A DNA stretch of 64,000 nucleotides, taken from positions 128,001 to 192,000 of the forward strand of contig CAWCDG010000007.1 of the NCBI GenBank assembly GCA_963794325.1, read 5' to 3'. This DNA is from an uncultured delta proteobacterium (GTDB lineage Bacteria; Desulfobacterota; Binatia; Binatales; Binataceae). Below, piece after piece: positions 39,966 through 50,089 of this stretch (positions are counted from its first letter, which is position 1; each line of letters begins with the position of its first letter). A model generated the notes under the pieces. That model had not been told where the DNA came from. It saw only the letters and a list, made by a program, of their open reading frames with translations, and made no database searches. A program made the translations under genes and the position numbers.

Positions 39966-40123
39966 AGAGTTAGTCGAACCTCTTGAGGAGGGACCCCGCC
40001 GCGACTGCACCGCTTCCACGCAACCCAAATTTCACCGTAATATAAGGTAGTGACGCAGACAAGGTTACCTCTTGAGTAAGAAGCTAATCACGGACTTAAG
40101 TTTGCGCCACCGACGGAAAAACG

Positions 40124-40549
40124 TTGCCTAATATTGGATTTGATAAGTTATTCAGCGAGGAAGAAGCCAACGAGCTGATTCCGCGGCTGGAAATATTAAT
40201 GCGTCAGCTCCAGATGCAGGCGACGTCGTTGCGGGCGCGAATCGAGGAATTATCGGTTGACGATCCTTCGATTCTGCATTCCGCGATGAGCGAGATTGTC
40301 GGGCGCTATCCGGAGTTGCGGTCGTTCGCGACCAACATGGCCGAGGCTGCCGAGCAAATCGAATCGTTCGGATGCATCCTCAAGGACATCGATCTCGGCT
40401 TGATCGATTTTCCGTACGACGCGGGCGACGACATCGTATTTCTATGCTGGCAATTCGGCGAGTCGCGCCTCGTCGCATGGCATAGCGTCGATAGTGGATT
40501 CTCCGATCGCCAACCGCTGCCCGGCGCACCGAGCCGATACCTCAATTGA
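40124..40549 (+). CDS. DUF2203 family protein
   Basis: FSEEEANELIP, LKDIDLGLIDFP, LCWQFGE..WH..GFSDRQPL. Confidence 0.85.
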   Translation: MPNIGFDKLFSEEEANELIPRLEILMRQLQMQATSLRARIEELSVDDPSILHSAMSEIVGRYPELRSFATNMAEAAEQIESFGCILKDIDLGLIDFPYDAGDDIVFLCWQFGESRLVAWHSVDSGFSDRQPLPGAPSRYLN

Positions 40550-40580
40550 TCGCCACGCCGCTGCTTACTAGTTAAAAGAG

Positions 40581-41051
40581 ATGATCATCGTATTGACGAT
40601 TTACCTCGCCGCACTCGGATGCTGGCTCGGCGGAATTGTTTTTTTCTCGTTCTTCACGGCGCCGGCGGTCTTCACGGTTCTGCCGCGACCGGAGGCCGGC
40701 CAACTGATCAGCACAATTTTCCCACGCTACTACATGCTCGGTTACATCGTGGGGACGGTAAGCCTGGTGCTCGCGATCTACTTCACGGCAGTGCGCGCGC
40801 CGCGGATATGGTGGGGCGGCACGACGCTAGCGCTGGCTGTAGCGCTCGGAATCACCTTCTATGCCGGCAGGGTGATTCTGCCGCGCGCGGACGCGATTCG
40901 CACCGTCAATGAAGATCCAAATCCCGACCCGGTGAAAAAAGCCGAGTTCGACCAGCTGCATCGCAACTCGGTGATTCTGAACGGGACCGTGCTGCTGTTG
41001 AACATCGCGGCAATCGTCGGCACCGCAGGAGCATTGACCCCGCGTGGCTGA
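40581..41051 (+). CDS. DUF4149/TMEM205-family membrane protein
   Basis: WLGGIVFFSFFTAPAVF..AGQL..IFPRYY, EFDQLHRNS. Confidence 0.85.
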   Translation: MIIVLTIYLAALGCWLGGIVFFSFFTAPAVFTVLPRPEAGQLISTIFPRYYMLGYIVGTVSLVLAIYFTAVRAPRIWWGGTTLALAVALGITFYAGRVILPRADAIRTVNEDPNPDPVKKAEFDQLHRNSVILNGTVLLLNIAAIVGTAGALTPRG

Positions 41052-41802
41052 GCATCGTTACAAGGCGGTCGTGATCGATCTGTTCGACACGCTGGTCACC
41101 TGGAATCCGGAAGGGCTGCCGCTGATGCAATTTCGCGGGCGCGAAATTCGCAGCACTACTCCGCTGCTCTACTCGACGCTGGAAACCGCGCTGGGCAAGC
41201 AATTCGATCGCGAGAAATTTTCGGAGGCGCACGCGTCGGTTTACTCCGACATATTTTCTGAACGAGCCAGGCACGACGCGCTCGAGATAACCTGCCTGGA
41301 GCGGTTCGCGCGGACGTTGAAGATTCTCGAAGTCGAGGAACCCATCGCGGCTCCGCTGGCCGAAGATCTGCGGCGAATCCACATGGCGCGGGTGCGCGAG
41401 GTGACAAAGGCGCCGCCCGCGCGAATCGAGGCGATGAAGAAAATCGCCGTGGAGCATCGCCTCGGCCTCATCTCGAACTTCGACGATTCCGAAACCGGCC
41501 ACCAGATCATGCGCGATACCGGCATCCGCGAGCTTTTTACCGCGGTGATCATCTCGGCCGACACCGGCTATCGAAAACCCAATCCGCTCATCTTCAAAAA
41601 ACTTCTCAACGCGATGCGCCTCGAGCCCGCCGAAATCCTGTTTGTCGGCGATACTCCGCTCGATGACGTGGTCGGCAGCAAGGGTGTCGGAATGCATTCG
41701 GCGTGGATCCGCACGCGCAATCGGGAGCTGCCCGAGGGTGTTCCAGCGCCCGATATCATTATCTCTGACCTCGCGGAACTCCCCGCTGCGCTCGGTCTGT
41801 AG
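41044..41802 (+). CDS. HAD-family hydrolase
   Basis: DLFDTL, ISNFD, RKPNP, FVGDTPLDD. Confidence 0.9.
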   Translation: MAEHRYKAVVIDLFDTLVTWNPEGLPLMQFRGREIRSTTPLLYSTLETALGKQFDREKFSEAHASVYSDIFSERARHDALEITCLERFARTLKILEVEEPIAAPLAEDLRRIHMARVREVTKAPPARIEAMKKIAVEHRLGLISNFDDSETGHQIMRDTGIRELFTAVIISADTGYRKPNPLIFKKLLNAMRLEPAEILFVGDTPLDDVVGSKGVGMHSAWIRTRNRELPEGVPAPDIIISDLAELPAALGL

Positions 41803-41820
41803 TCAATCCGCCGGACTTCG

Positions 41821-42300
41821 ATGAAACGGCGGCTGGTTGTAGCGGTGATCGGCGCGGGTGATGCTCCGAGTGCGATTTGCAAGCTGGCGTTTGAAACAGG
41901 CAGAGAAATTGCGCGATGCGGCGCTGTGTTGCTGAACGGCGGGCGCACCGGCGTGATGGAATCGGCGGCGGCCGGGGCGCGCGAGGAAGGTGGGCATACG
42001 ATTGGAATCCTGCCGGGGTATGATCGGCGCGCGGCGAACCGGCATGTCGAATTTGTGATTGCTACCGGCATCGGCGAGGCGCGCAATGCGGTGATCGTCG
42101 CGAGTGCCGACGCGGTAATCGCGCTGGCGGGCGAGGGCGGCACGCTGGCTGAGATCGGCTTCGCGAAAAAATTCCGCAAGCCAATCGTCGCGATCGATTC
42201 GTGGCCAGAAATCAACGGATTGCATCGCGCCGACACTCCCGCCGACGCGGTCGCACTCGCGCTCAAGCTCGCCGCGTCACGTTCGCGACGGAGAAGTTGA
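41821..42300 (+). CDS. TIGR00725 / SLOG (LOG-like) family protein
   Basis: VIGAG, GGRTGVM, IGILPG, ARNAVIV, GGTLAEI. Confidence 0.9.
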   Translation: MKRRLVVAVIGAGDAPSAICKLAFETGREIARCGAVLLNGGRTGVMESAAAGAREEGGHTIGILPGYDRRAANRHVEFVIATGIGEARNAVIVASADAVIALAGEGGTLAEIGFAKKFRKPIVAIDSWPEINGLHRADTPADAVALALKLAASRSRRRS

Positions 42301-42714
42301 ATGGCCGCCAAACAGGATCGAAGCAGCTTCATCCAACTGCTTGAACGAGCGCCGTTCTCGGCGATGCTCGGGCTGAAGATCGAGTCGGCCGCCGACGGCT
42401 CGGCAGTAGTTCGGATGCCGTTCGATTTGCGCATTCTCAACGAGGGCGGTCCCTCTGCGCCCATTCATGGCGGCGCGATCGCAGCGCTCGCCGACGTGGC
42501 GGCATGCGCCGCCGTATGGAGCCTCGCCTCGACGACGCGCACCGCGACGATTTCGATGACCGTGAACTACACCGGCTTCGCCGTGAATTCCGATCTGATC
42601 GCTCGCGCACGGGTTAAGCGCACCGGCAAGCGCATCGCGAGCCTAGCCGTGGAAATCGTCGATGCCTCCGACGCCCTGATCGCCGACGCACTGGTGACCT
42701 ACAAAATCGCGTGA
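42301..42714 (+). CDS. PaaI family thioesterase
   Basis: PFSAMLG, IHGGAIAALAD hotdog motif. Confidence 0.9.
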   Translation: MAAKQDRSSFIQLLERAPFSAMLGLKIESAADGSAVVRMPFDLRILNEGGPSAPIHGGAIAALADVAACAAVWSLASTTRTATISMTVNYTGFAVNSDLIARARVKRTGKRIASLAVEIVDASDALIADALVTYKIA

Positions 42715-42797
42715 CGCCCTCGCATCGATTAGTTCGACCCGCTCGCTTACAATGAACCCCGACTGATTGCTAACAAGGCACGGGAAGGGGAAGGAAT

Positions 42798-44132
42798 ATG
42801 TTTTCTCGCGTTCGATTCGACCGCAAGTGCATTCTCGCCGCATGTGCGATTCTCGCTGTTGCGCTATCGCTGACGGTGGCTCCTGCAGCCCGCGCCGTCA
42901 ACAACGTCCCCGATGCCATGCCGACCGGCACCGAGACCGTGCTGTATTCCTTTGGGGTCGGCCCCACTCCTGCCAAGTGCAACAAAGACGACGGCGCCGA
43001 CCCCAAGGGCTCGCTGACCTACGTCCCTGCCACCGGTCTGCTCTTCGGCGAAACCTCGAGCACTACCTCGAAGGGCCCAGGCTTCGGCACGATTTTCCAG
43101 ATCATGCCTGGCGGCGCCGGCTACGCGATCGATAACTTTTTCCAGGGCGCGAAGGCTGACGGCAACGGCCCGCAGAACAATGCGATGACTCTGGTCGGCA
43201 GCGTCCTCTATGGCACGACGCTCACTGGCGGGCACAATGACAGCGGCGCCATCTTCAGCATAAACGACGACGGCAGCGGCTATTCGACGCCGCTTTTGTT
43301 CAACTTCACGACGCCGCCCGCGAAGAATAGTGGCGATCAGCCGTACAGCAATTTCGTCGCCATCGGCAGCGTGCTCTATGGCATGACCTCGCAGGGAGGC
43401 CTCAATGGCGCCGCGCCCGAGGACGGCACTATTTTCGCCTTCAACACCTCGACCGGCACTTACAAGCGCCTGTACTCCTTCGGCGGCGCGCACGGCTTCG
43501 ATCCGCACGGCCAGTTGATTCTCGATCCCAATGGCAAAACGTTTTACGGCATGACGCATTCGGGAGGCACCGCCGATGCCGGCGTCGTGTTTTCGTTTTC
43601 TTCGACGTGCAATGCCAGCACCGGAAAGTGCAAAGCCAGGTACAAGGTCCTGCACAATTTCAGTTGCCCCAATAAGGGCTTTCCGATGTGTATCAACGGC
43701 AACGGCGCTACTCCCGATCACGGCACGCTCGTGCAAAACGGATCGACGCTGTTTGGCTTGACGACCGAAGGCGGCAAGTACGGCAACGGCATCCTGTTTT
43801 CGATTCGGACCAACGGCCAGCACTTCACTATCGTTCATAGCTTCGGCAATCCGGGCAGCAACGACGGCGCCAATCCGATGGGATCGTTGCTGCTCAACGG
43901 CACCACGCTCTATGGGACTACCCGGCTGGGCGGTAACAAGGGCAACGGCAGCGTTTTTCAAATCAATACGGACGGCACCAGCTACGATCGAATTTGGGAC
44001 TTCCAGGATGCGCCCGACGGTCAGAAACCTGTCGACAACGTGATACTGATCGACAGCACGCTCTACGGCATGACCGAAGTGGGCGGACAATGCGGCAACG
44101 GCGCGATCTTCTCGCTCGTGCCTCCTCAATGA
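42798..44132 (+). CDS. Secreted GloVer-type (TIGR03803-like) tandem repeat protein
   Basis: Signal peptide; repeats LYG(T/M)T..GG..G.IF...Y..L.SF....DG..P. Confidence 0.82.
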   Translation: MFSRVRFDRKCILAACAILAVALSLTVAPAARAVNNVPDAMPTGTETVLYSFGVGPTPAKCNKDDGADPKGSLTYVPATGLLFGETSSTTSKGPGFGTIFQIMPGGAGYAIDNFFQGAKADGNGPQNNAMTLVGSVLYGTTLTGGHNDSGAIFSINDDGSGYSTPLLFNFTTPPAKNSGDQPYSNFVAIGSVLYGMTSQGGLNGAAPEDGTIFAFNTSTGTYKRLYSFGGAHGFDPHGQLILDPNGKTFYGMTHSGGTADAGVVFSFSSTCNASTGKCKARYKVLHNFSCPNKGFPMCINGNGATPDHGTLVQNGSTLFGLTTEGGKYGNGILFSIRTNGQHFTIVHSFGNPGSNDGANPMGSLLLNGTTLYGTTRLGGNKGNGSVFQINTDGTSYDRIWDFQDAPDGQKPVDNVILIDSTLYGMTEVGGQCGNGAIFSLVPPQ

Positions 44133-44908
44133 GTATGCGGGTGTCATCGACGCTGGAAATAATCCGCCGTGCCGGTAAGCCGCACGGCCTCAACCTGATA
44201 GCGGCCACTCCTGTCGCGCGATATGACGCCGCGGTCAAGGGAGGCCCGCGCGCATCGGCGATCGATCCGATTGCACACTCGATCGTCGTAATCGGCAACG
44301 GCGGCGGCGCGCTGTGGGACGCGCTGAAATCTCATGCTGCGCGCAATCCAGGATGGTGGAATCGAGAGAATCCGCTCGACGACTTCACGCGCGAAGTTGT
44401 CGAGCGCGACCTCGCCGTACCGCTGCGCGCGTCGGGCCTGCGATGCACCACCGTTTATCCGTTCATGAGCAATGGCCGGACGCTCAGCTTTATCGAGCTC
44501 GGCAAAGTCGCAGGCATCTGTGGGCCAAGCATCCTGGGCGTCACGGTGCATCCTGTATATGGACCGTGGATCGCGTTTCGCGCCGCGCTCCTGCTCGACG
44601 AAGAACTTGATTCGCCGGGCGACGCACTCAGCTTCGACCCGTGTCCCACTTGCACGGCGCGCACCTGTATCCCCGCGTGCCCGGCGAATGCGGTAAGCGT
44701 CGAATCAGGATGGGACATTCCGCGTTGCCTGACGCATCGCGTGGAAGTAGAGCCGGATTGCACCCCGCGATGCCACGCGCGCGCCGGATGCGTCCTCGGC
44801 CCCGAGCATCGCTATCCCGACGAGGAACTCGCCTATCATCAGATGCGCGCGCTCCGCTCGATGCGCCCGTACTACGAAACGCACATCAAACCCACTCGCC
44901 AAACCTAA
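44129..44908 (+). CDS. MMACHC/QueG-like domain + Cys-rich putative Fe-S protein
   Basis: NPLDD, HPVYGPWIAFRAALL, CPTC..CIPACP, C..RCHARAGC. Confidence 0.7.
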   Translation: MSMRVSSTLEIIRRAGKPHGLNLIAATPVARYDAAVKGGPRASAIDPIAHSIVVIGNGGGALWDALKSHAARNPGWWNRENPLDDFTREVVERDLAVPLRASGLRCTTVYPFMSNGRTLSFIELGKVAGICGPSILGVTVHPVYGPWIAFRAALLLDEELDSPGDALSFDPCPTCTARTCIPACPANAVSVESGWDIPRCLTHRVEVEPDCTPRCHARAGCVLGPEHRYPDEELAYHQMRALRSMRPYYETHIKPTRQT

Positions 44909-44940
44909 TAATCCCGATATAATCCACCACGAGCACTACG

Positions 44941-45915
44941 ATGCCCTTTCCAATCAATCGCCCGCGCCGTCTGCGACGCACCGAAACAATCCGCCGCATG
45001 ATTCGCGAGACGCGCCTCTCCCCCGACGATCTGATTCTCCCGATGTTCGTTTGCCCGGGACGCGGCGTGAAGAAAGCGGTCGCATCGATGCCCGGTGTGG
45101 CGCAGATGTCGGTCGACAATATCGTCGCGGAAGCGCGCGAGACCTGGGCGGCCGGTGTCCCAGCGGTCATCCTGTTTGGAATTCCTGAACGCAAGGACGC
45201 GAACGGCAGCGAGGCATGGAACGACGACGGCGAGGTGCAGCGCGCGATTCTTGAGATCAAGGAACGCGTGCCCGGGATGGCGGTGATCACCGACGTCTGC
45301 ATGTGCGAATACACCGACCATGGGCATTGCGGCGCGCTCACGGGCAACGATGTCGACAATGACGCGACGCTCGAACTGCTGACACGATCGGCGCTGTCGC
45401 ACGCGCGCGCGGGCGCCGATATCGTCGCGCCGTCGGACATGATGGACGGGCGGGTCGGCGCAATTCGCACGGCGCTCGACAGCAACGGCTTCAGTCACGT
45501 CGCAATCATGGCGTATTCGGCGAAGTTCGCGTCGGCCTTTTACGGGCCGTTTCGCGAGGCGGCGGAGTCTGCGCCGAAGTTCGGAGATCGGCGCTCGTAC
45601 CAGATGGACCCGCCGAACGGTGACGAAGCGATGCGCGAAGTTGCGCTCGATCTGGAAGAGGGCGCGGACATCGTGATGGTCAAGCCGGCGCTGCCGTATC
45701 TCGATCTGATCTACCGGGTGAAACAGGAATTCAATGCACCGGTAGCGGCCTACAATGTCTCGGGCGAGTACTCGATGATCCGCGCAGCTGGAATCAACGG
45801 ATGGATCGATGAAGAGCGCGCCACGATGGAAGTGCTGACGTCGATCAAGCGCGCCGGCGCCGATTTAATCCTGACCTATTTCGCGAAAGAAGTAGCCCGC
45901 AAACTCCGCGGATGA
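44941..45915 (+). CDS. hemB: Porphobilinogen synthase
   Basis: [41 protein letters not shown]. Confidence 0.97.
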   Translation: MPFPINRPRRLRRTETIRRMIRETRLSPDDLILPMFVCPGRGVKKAVASMPGVAQMSVDNIVAEARETWAAGVPAVILFGIPERKDANGSEAWNDDGEVQRAILEIKERVPGMAVITDVCMCEYTDHGHCGALTGNDVDNDATLELLTRSALSHARAGADIVAPSDMMDGRVGAIRTALDSNGFSHVAIMAYSAKFASAFYGPFREAAESAPKFGDRRSYQMDPPNGDEAMREVALDLEEGADIVMVKPALPYLDLIYRVKQEFNAPVAAYNVSGEYSMIRAAGINGWIDEERATMEVLTSIKRAGADLILTYFAKEVARKLRG

Positions 45916-45917
45916 AA

Positions 45918-46025
45918 TTGAATGTGAAACCCTCCGCGGGTTTCACGCTTCCGCGGCAGGGCTAAGCCCTGCATCTTACTACCAATCGCAAAACGGCGAG
46001 GACGCCATTTTGCTCTGAGGTTCTT
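45918..46025 (-). repeat. Repeat family A, three-hairpin long form (inverted)
   Basis: Reverse complement aligns with 29627-29735 over about 108 bp. Confidence 0.88.
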
Positions 46026-46032
46026 GATTTTG

Positions 46033-46108
46033 GTGGCACAGGCTTTAGCCTGTGATTTTCTGGTCCGTGCAAATCCAGGAAAGAATCACGGGCTGAAGCC
46101 TGTGCCAC
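46033..46108. repeat. REP-like doublet, family D (GTGGCACAGGCTTTAGCCTGTG)
   Basis: Inverted pair 46033-46057 and 46084-46108; another copy at 61143-61167. Confidence 0.78.
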
Positions 46109-46117
46109 GTGCAGAGT

Positions 46118-47677
46118 TCATCTCTTTCTTTTGCCCCTCGCGAAATACTCGCGAATCGCTTCTGTCAGCGCCTCGATCGTGTACTCACGCGGCTTTACGA
46201 CAACCTCGAATTCCCGCTCTTCAGCGGTTGCCGCCGTGATGGGACCGATCGCCGCTGCTCTGATTCCCTTCCCCGACGTGCCAAGCATCTCGCAGAAATT
46301 TGTGACGGTGCTCGAACTGGTAAACGTCACGAGATCGATCGCTCCCAACGTTATCAACTCGCGCACTCGCGCTATCTGCGCGCCCTTGGGTTTGATCGTC
46401 CGATAAGCGGGCGCGACGACGACTTCCTTCGCGCCCTTGTCGCGCAGAATTTCCGGCAGCGCTTCGCGTGCGACTTCGGCGCGCGGTATCAGAAATCGCT
46501 TGCCGCGAATCTGCTTGATTCCAATGGCGGGCACTATTCTCTCGGCGCGATATTCGTCGGGAACTGCCGCGACCTGGAGGGCGTAGTCGGCGAGGCGCGC
46601 GGCGGTTGCGGGTCCGATTGCCGCGATCGACGCACGTCCGAGCGCGCGAATATCGCGGCCGCGCGACTTAAGCCGTTCCATAAAACTTTCGACTCCCATC
46701 GCACTCGTGAAAATTATCCAATCGAATGAATCGACGCGCTTGATTGCTCGATCGAGCGCCGCGTAGCTGCGCGGTGGGGCGGTTTCGATAGTCGGAAATT
46801 CGACGACCTCCGCGCCGAGCCGCCGAACCTGTGTCGCGAACTCGGACGCCGCGTCGCGCGCGCGCGTTACCACTATGGTGCGCCCGAACAGCGGCATGCG
46901 CTCGACCCAATTCAGATGCTCGCGCATGCCGGCGAGCTCGCCGACGACGATTACCGCCGGCGCGCCGATCCTCTCGTGCGCTGACACGTCCGCGAGCGTT
47001 GCCAGCGTCGCGCTCACTGTTTTCTGTGACGCTGTCGTGGCCCATTGCACACAGACAGCTGGGGTTTCATCGGGAAGTCCGGCCGCGCGGATTCGCTCGA
47101 GCGTCGCGCGCATCCGCGCCGTCCCCATCAGGATTACGATCGTGCCGCCGTGACGGGCCGCCGCGACCAACTCATCCCACGGCACCGCGCTCGAGCCCTT
47201 GGTTTCATCTTCATGGCCGGTAACGAACGCGACGAAGGAGCCGTGACCGCGATGCGTCAGCGGAACGCCGGCGAACGCCGGGGCCGCAATCGCCGAGGTA
47301 ACTCCCGGCACGATTTCGAATTCAACCTGCGCGCGCGCCATCGCCTCGGCCTCCTCGCCGCCGCGTCCGAAAATAAACGGATCGCCGCCCTTGAGCCTCA
47401 CGACGACGCGCCCATTGCGCGCGTGCGTGATCAGCATCGCGTTCAGCTCGGACTGCTCGATGCTTTTTTCCGAGCCGCCACGTTTGCCGGCATAGATCAG
47501 TTCGGCGTTTGGTGGCGCGAGCCGAATCAGTTCCGGGCTGACGAGATTGTCGTAGATAACGACGTCGGCGCGGCTGAGAACATCGGCGCCGCGGATCGTG
47601 ATCAGGTCGGAGGCGCCGGGACCGGCGCCAACCAGGAAGACTCTGCCGCGATTAGGCTTCTTCGCGCGCGCGCTCAT
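46118..47677 (-). CDS. cobA: Uroporphyrinogen-III C-methyltransferase / uroporphyrinogen-III synthase fusion (CobA-HemD)
   Basis: LVGAGPG, RLKGGDPFIFGRGGEE, then PLFGRTIVVTR, IGPATA, FTSSSTV. Confidence 0.94.
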   Translation of the reverse strand: MSARAKKPNRGRVFLVGAGPGASDLITIRGADVLSRADVVIYDNLVSPELIRLAPPNAELIYAGKRGGSEKSIEQSELNAMLITHARNGRVVVRLKGGDPFIFGRGGEEAEAMARAQVEFEIVPGVTSAIAAPAFAGVPLTHRGHGSFVAFVTGHEDETKGSSAVPWDELVAAARHGGTIVILMGTARMRATLERIRAAGLPDETPAVCVQWATTASQKTVSATLATLADVSAHERIGAPAVIVVGELAGMREHLNWVERMPLFGRTIVVTRARDAASEFATQVRRLGAEVVEFPTIETAPPRSYAALDRAIKRVDSFDWIIFTSAMGVESFMERLKSRGRDIRALGRASIAAIGPATAARLADYALQVAAVPDEYRAERIVPAIGIKQIRGKRFLIPRAEVAREALPEILRDKGAKEVVVAPAYRTIKPKGAQIARVRELITLGAIDLVTFTSSSTVTNFCEMLGTSGKGIRAAAIGPITAATAEEREFEVVVKPREYTIEALTEAIREYFARGKRKR

Positions 47678-48624
47678 TCGCGCCCAAGCAGAGCCGCGGC
47701 GCCGCGCGCGAGCATTTTTTGCGCAAGCCGCTTGCCGGAATTTTCCGCAGTGGCCGGCGCAAGGTCGGACGCCAACGTTTCTTCTATCGACTCCGACAAC
47801 TCCTGCGCGCCGTCGGGACTGAACAACATTGCCGCGAGTGAGAGCGTGTCGCCGTCGATCCTTGCGCGCACTCCGACCGGTGTCGTGCATGACGCCTCGA
47901 GCGTTGCGAGGAACGCCCGCTCGGCCGCGGTCTCATAGAAGGTGCGCGGGTCGTTGATCGCATCGAGCGCACCATCGAGTGCATCACTTTTGCGATCGGC
48001 CAGCGTTTCGATCGCGAGCGCGCCTTGGCCACCGGCCGGGATAAAGTCGCTCGCGTCGAGTTCAACGAAAACGAACTTCACATCGTTGACCCGGCCCAAG
48101 CGCTTCAGCCCCGCCATCGCGATTATGATTGCGTCGAAGCTGCCGTCGATCGCTCGCGCCAAACGGGTATCGACGTTGCCGCGGAGCGGAAGAATCTCGA
48201 GTCCGCGGTTCATCCTGAGCGCCTGGAAGCGGCGGCGCGACGACGAGGTGCCAAGCGTTGCGCCCTTGGGCAGCGAGGAAAGCGTCGAGCCGTCGCGGGT
48301 CACCAGGATGTCGGAGGTATTCTCGCGTTCGAGAACGGCAGCTATGCGAAACTGCGATGGGAGTGCGGCGGGGAGATCCTTCATCGAATGGACTGCGGCG
48401 TCGATCGTTCGATCGGTGAGCGCCTGTTCGAGCTCTTTTATGAAGAGACCTTTGCCCCCGACATCTGCGAGCGACGCTGAGGTCATTTTGTCGCCGCTGG
48501 TGCGGATCTCGATGATTTCGATTTCGATTCCGGGGATCTGCGCGGTGAGACGATCGCGAACTATCGACGCTTGCACTAGCGCGAGTTTGCTGGGGCGGGA
48601 GCCGATTCTGATTTTTAGCGGCAT
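47674..48624 (-). CDS. hemC: Hydroxymethylbilane synthase
   Basis: IGSRPSKLA, GGKGLFIKE, VHSMKD, LRGNVDTRL. Confidence 0.96.
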   Translation of the reverse strand: MPLKIRIGSRPSKLALVQASIVRDRLTAQIPGIEIEIIEIRTSGDKMTSASLADVGGKGLFIKELEQALTDRTIDAAVHSMKDLPAALPSQFRIAAVLERENTSDILVTRDGSTLSSLPKGATLGTSSSRRRFQALRMNRGLEILPLRGNVDTRLARAIDGSFDAIIIAMAGLKRLGRVNDVKFVFVELDASDFIPAGGQGALAIETLADRKSDALDGALDAINDPRTFYETAAERAFLATLEASCTTPVGVRARIDGDTLSLAAMLFSPDGAQELSESIEETLASDLAPATAENSGKRLAQKMLARGAAALLGRE

Positions 48625-48629
48625 TCGAA

Positions 48630-48707
48630 GAACCTAACCCCTAACCCCTTCCCTCGAGGGAAGGGGAACCGGATGTGAGGGGGCGCTTCCCGAGCGGGAA
48701 GGGGAAC
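48630..48707. repeat. Repeat family C, copy 2 plus a partial third hairpin
   Basis: GAACCTAACCCCTAACCCCTTCCCTCGAGGGAAGGGGAACCGGAT, then TTCCCGAGCGGGAAGGGGAAC. Confidence 0.88.
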
Positions 48708-48740
48708 GGTCGCGAAGAAGGACCTCAACACGCCGCGTGG

Positions 48741-50078
48741 TCACTCGAGGTCCGGGTCGTCGTCGTCGTTGTCGGGGTCGTCGAGATTGTCGTCTTGCGC
48801 GTCGAGTTCGGCGCCTAGCAGGCGGCGCGCGACTTCGGCGGCGAAGTTGGCGTCGAGGGTTTTGTCGTCGCGCTGCTTGAGACCCGACAAAATACGATGA
48901 AGCAATTTGTTGGTCAGGCCGCGGGTCAGCAATTCCACGCGCTCGCGCTCGGCGGGAGCAAGCTGCGCCATCCATCCGCGCGCGCGGCCCAACTCGTCGT
49001 CGCGCAATCGCTCGACGCTGTAACGGATGTCCTTGATGGTCGGCGTCAGGTCCAGGCCGGCGAGCCATTTGAGGAATGACTCGAGTTCCAGCTCGACGAT
49101 CTGCTCCGCTTTCTCGGCTTCGCGCTCGCGGTCTCCAAGCGATCGTTGAACTAGAGCGCCGAGATCGTCGATATCGTACAAGTACACGTTTTGCAGCGCG
49201 TTCAGACGCTCGTCGAAATTTCGCGGCACGCCCATGTCGATCAGAAACATCGGGCGGTAGCGGCGCTCGCGAATCACCGGCTCAAATTCGTCGGGAGTCA
49301 GGATGGGCCTGGTCGATGAGACCGAGCCGATCAGCACGTCAACCATCTTGAGGTACGGCTTGTAGTTGTCGTACGGCACCGCGGTGCCGCCGAGGTCGCG
49401 GGCGAGTGCGACCGCGCGATCGAAAGTGCGCGAGGTTATCAGCAGCGACTCGATTCCCAGTGCGCTCAGTTGCCGCGCGGTCAGCTCGGCCATCTTGCCC
49501 GCACCCATCAGCATCACGGTCTTGTCTTTGAGCGTGTCGAAAATCTGCCCCGCGAGCGCGACCGCTGCAGTGCTGACCGACACCGAACCGTGACCGATGA
49601 GAGTGCCCTTGCGCACGCGCTTGGCGACGGTGAATGCCTTGTGGAATGCGCGATGCAAAATCAAGCCGACGCTCCGCGCTTCTGACGCCTGCGCATACGC
49701 GAGTTTTAGCTGACCCAGTATTTGCGGCTCGCCGATGACCATCGAATCGAGGCTCGCGCCGACGCGAAATAGATGACGCGCGGCCTCGCGGCCCGCGAAA
49801 CTGTAAACTGCGTCGTCGAATTCGGTCTGCGCGACGCTTCGATCGGCGGACAAAAATTTGAGCGTTTCTTCCACTGCGCGCGACGCATCGGTGGCGACGC
49901 CTACCACCTCGACGCGATTGCAGGTCGAGATGAGAGCCGCCTCTGCCACCGCGTGGCATGACTCCCTCAGACGGTCCAGCGCGGGAACGATTTCGTCATC
50001 GGCAAACGCGAGCCGTTCACGCAGCGCGACGGCGGCGCTGCGATGGTTAATCCCGACGATGAATAGCGTCTGATCCAT
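48741..50078 (-). CDS. hemA: Glutamyl-tRNA reductase
   Basis: GINHR, STCNRVE, LDSMVIGEPQILGQ, GAGKM, DMGVPRN. Confidence 0.96.
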   Translation of the reverse strand: MDQTLFIVGINHRSAAVALRERLAFADDEIVPALDRLRESCHAVAEAALISTCNRVEVVGVATDASRAVEETLKFLSADRSVAQTEFDDAVYSFAGREAARHLFRVGASLDSMVIGEPQILGQLKLAYAQASEARSVGLILHRAFHKAFTVAKRVRKGTLIGHGSVSVSTAAVALAGQIFDTLKDKTVMLMGAGKMAELTARQLSALGIESLLITSRTFDRAVALARDLGGTAVPYDNYKPYLKMVDVLIGSVSSTRPILTPDEFEPVIRERRYRPMFLIDMGVPRNFDERLNALQNVYLYDIDDLGALVQRSLGDREREAEKAEQIVELELESFLKWLAGLDLTPTIKDIRYSVERLRDDELGRARGWMAQLAPAERERVELLTRGLTNKLLHRILSGLKQRDDKTLDANFAAEVARRLLGAELDAQDDNLDDPDNDDDDPDLE

Positions 50079-50089
50079 TTCTTGAACTA

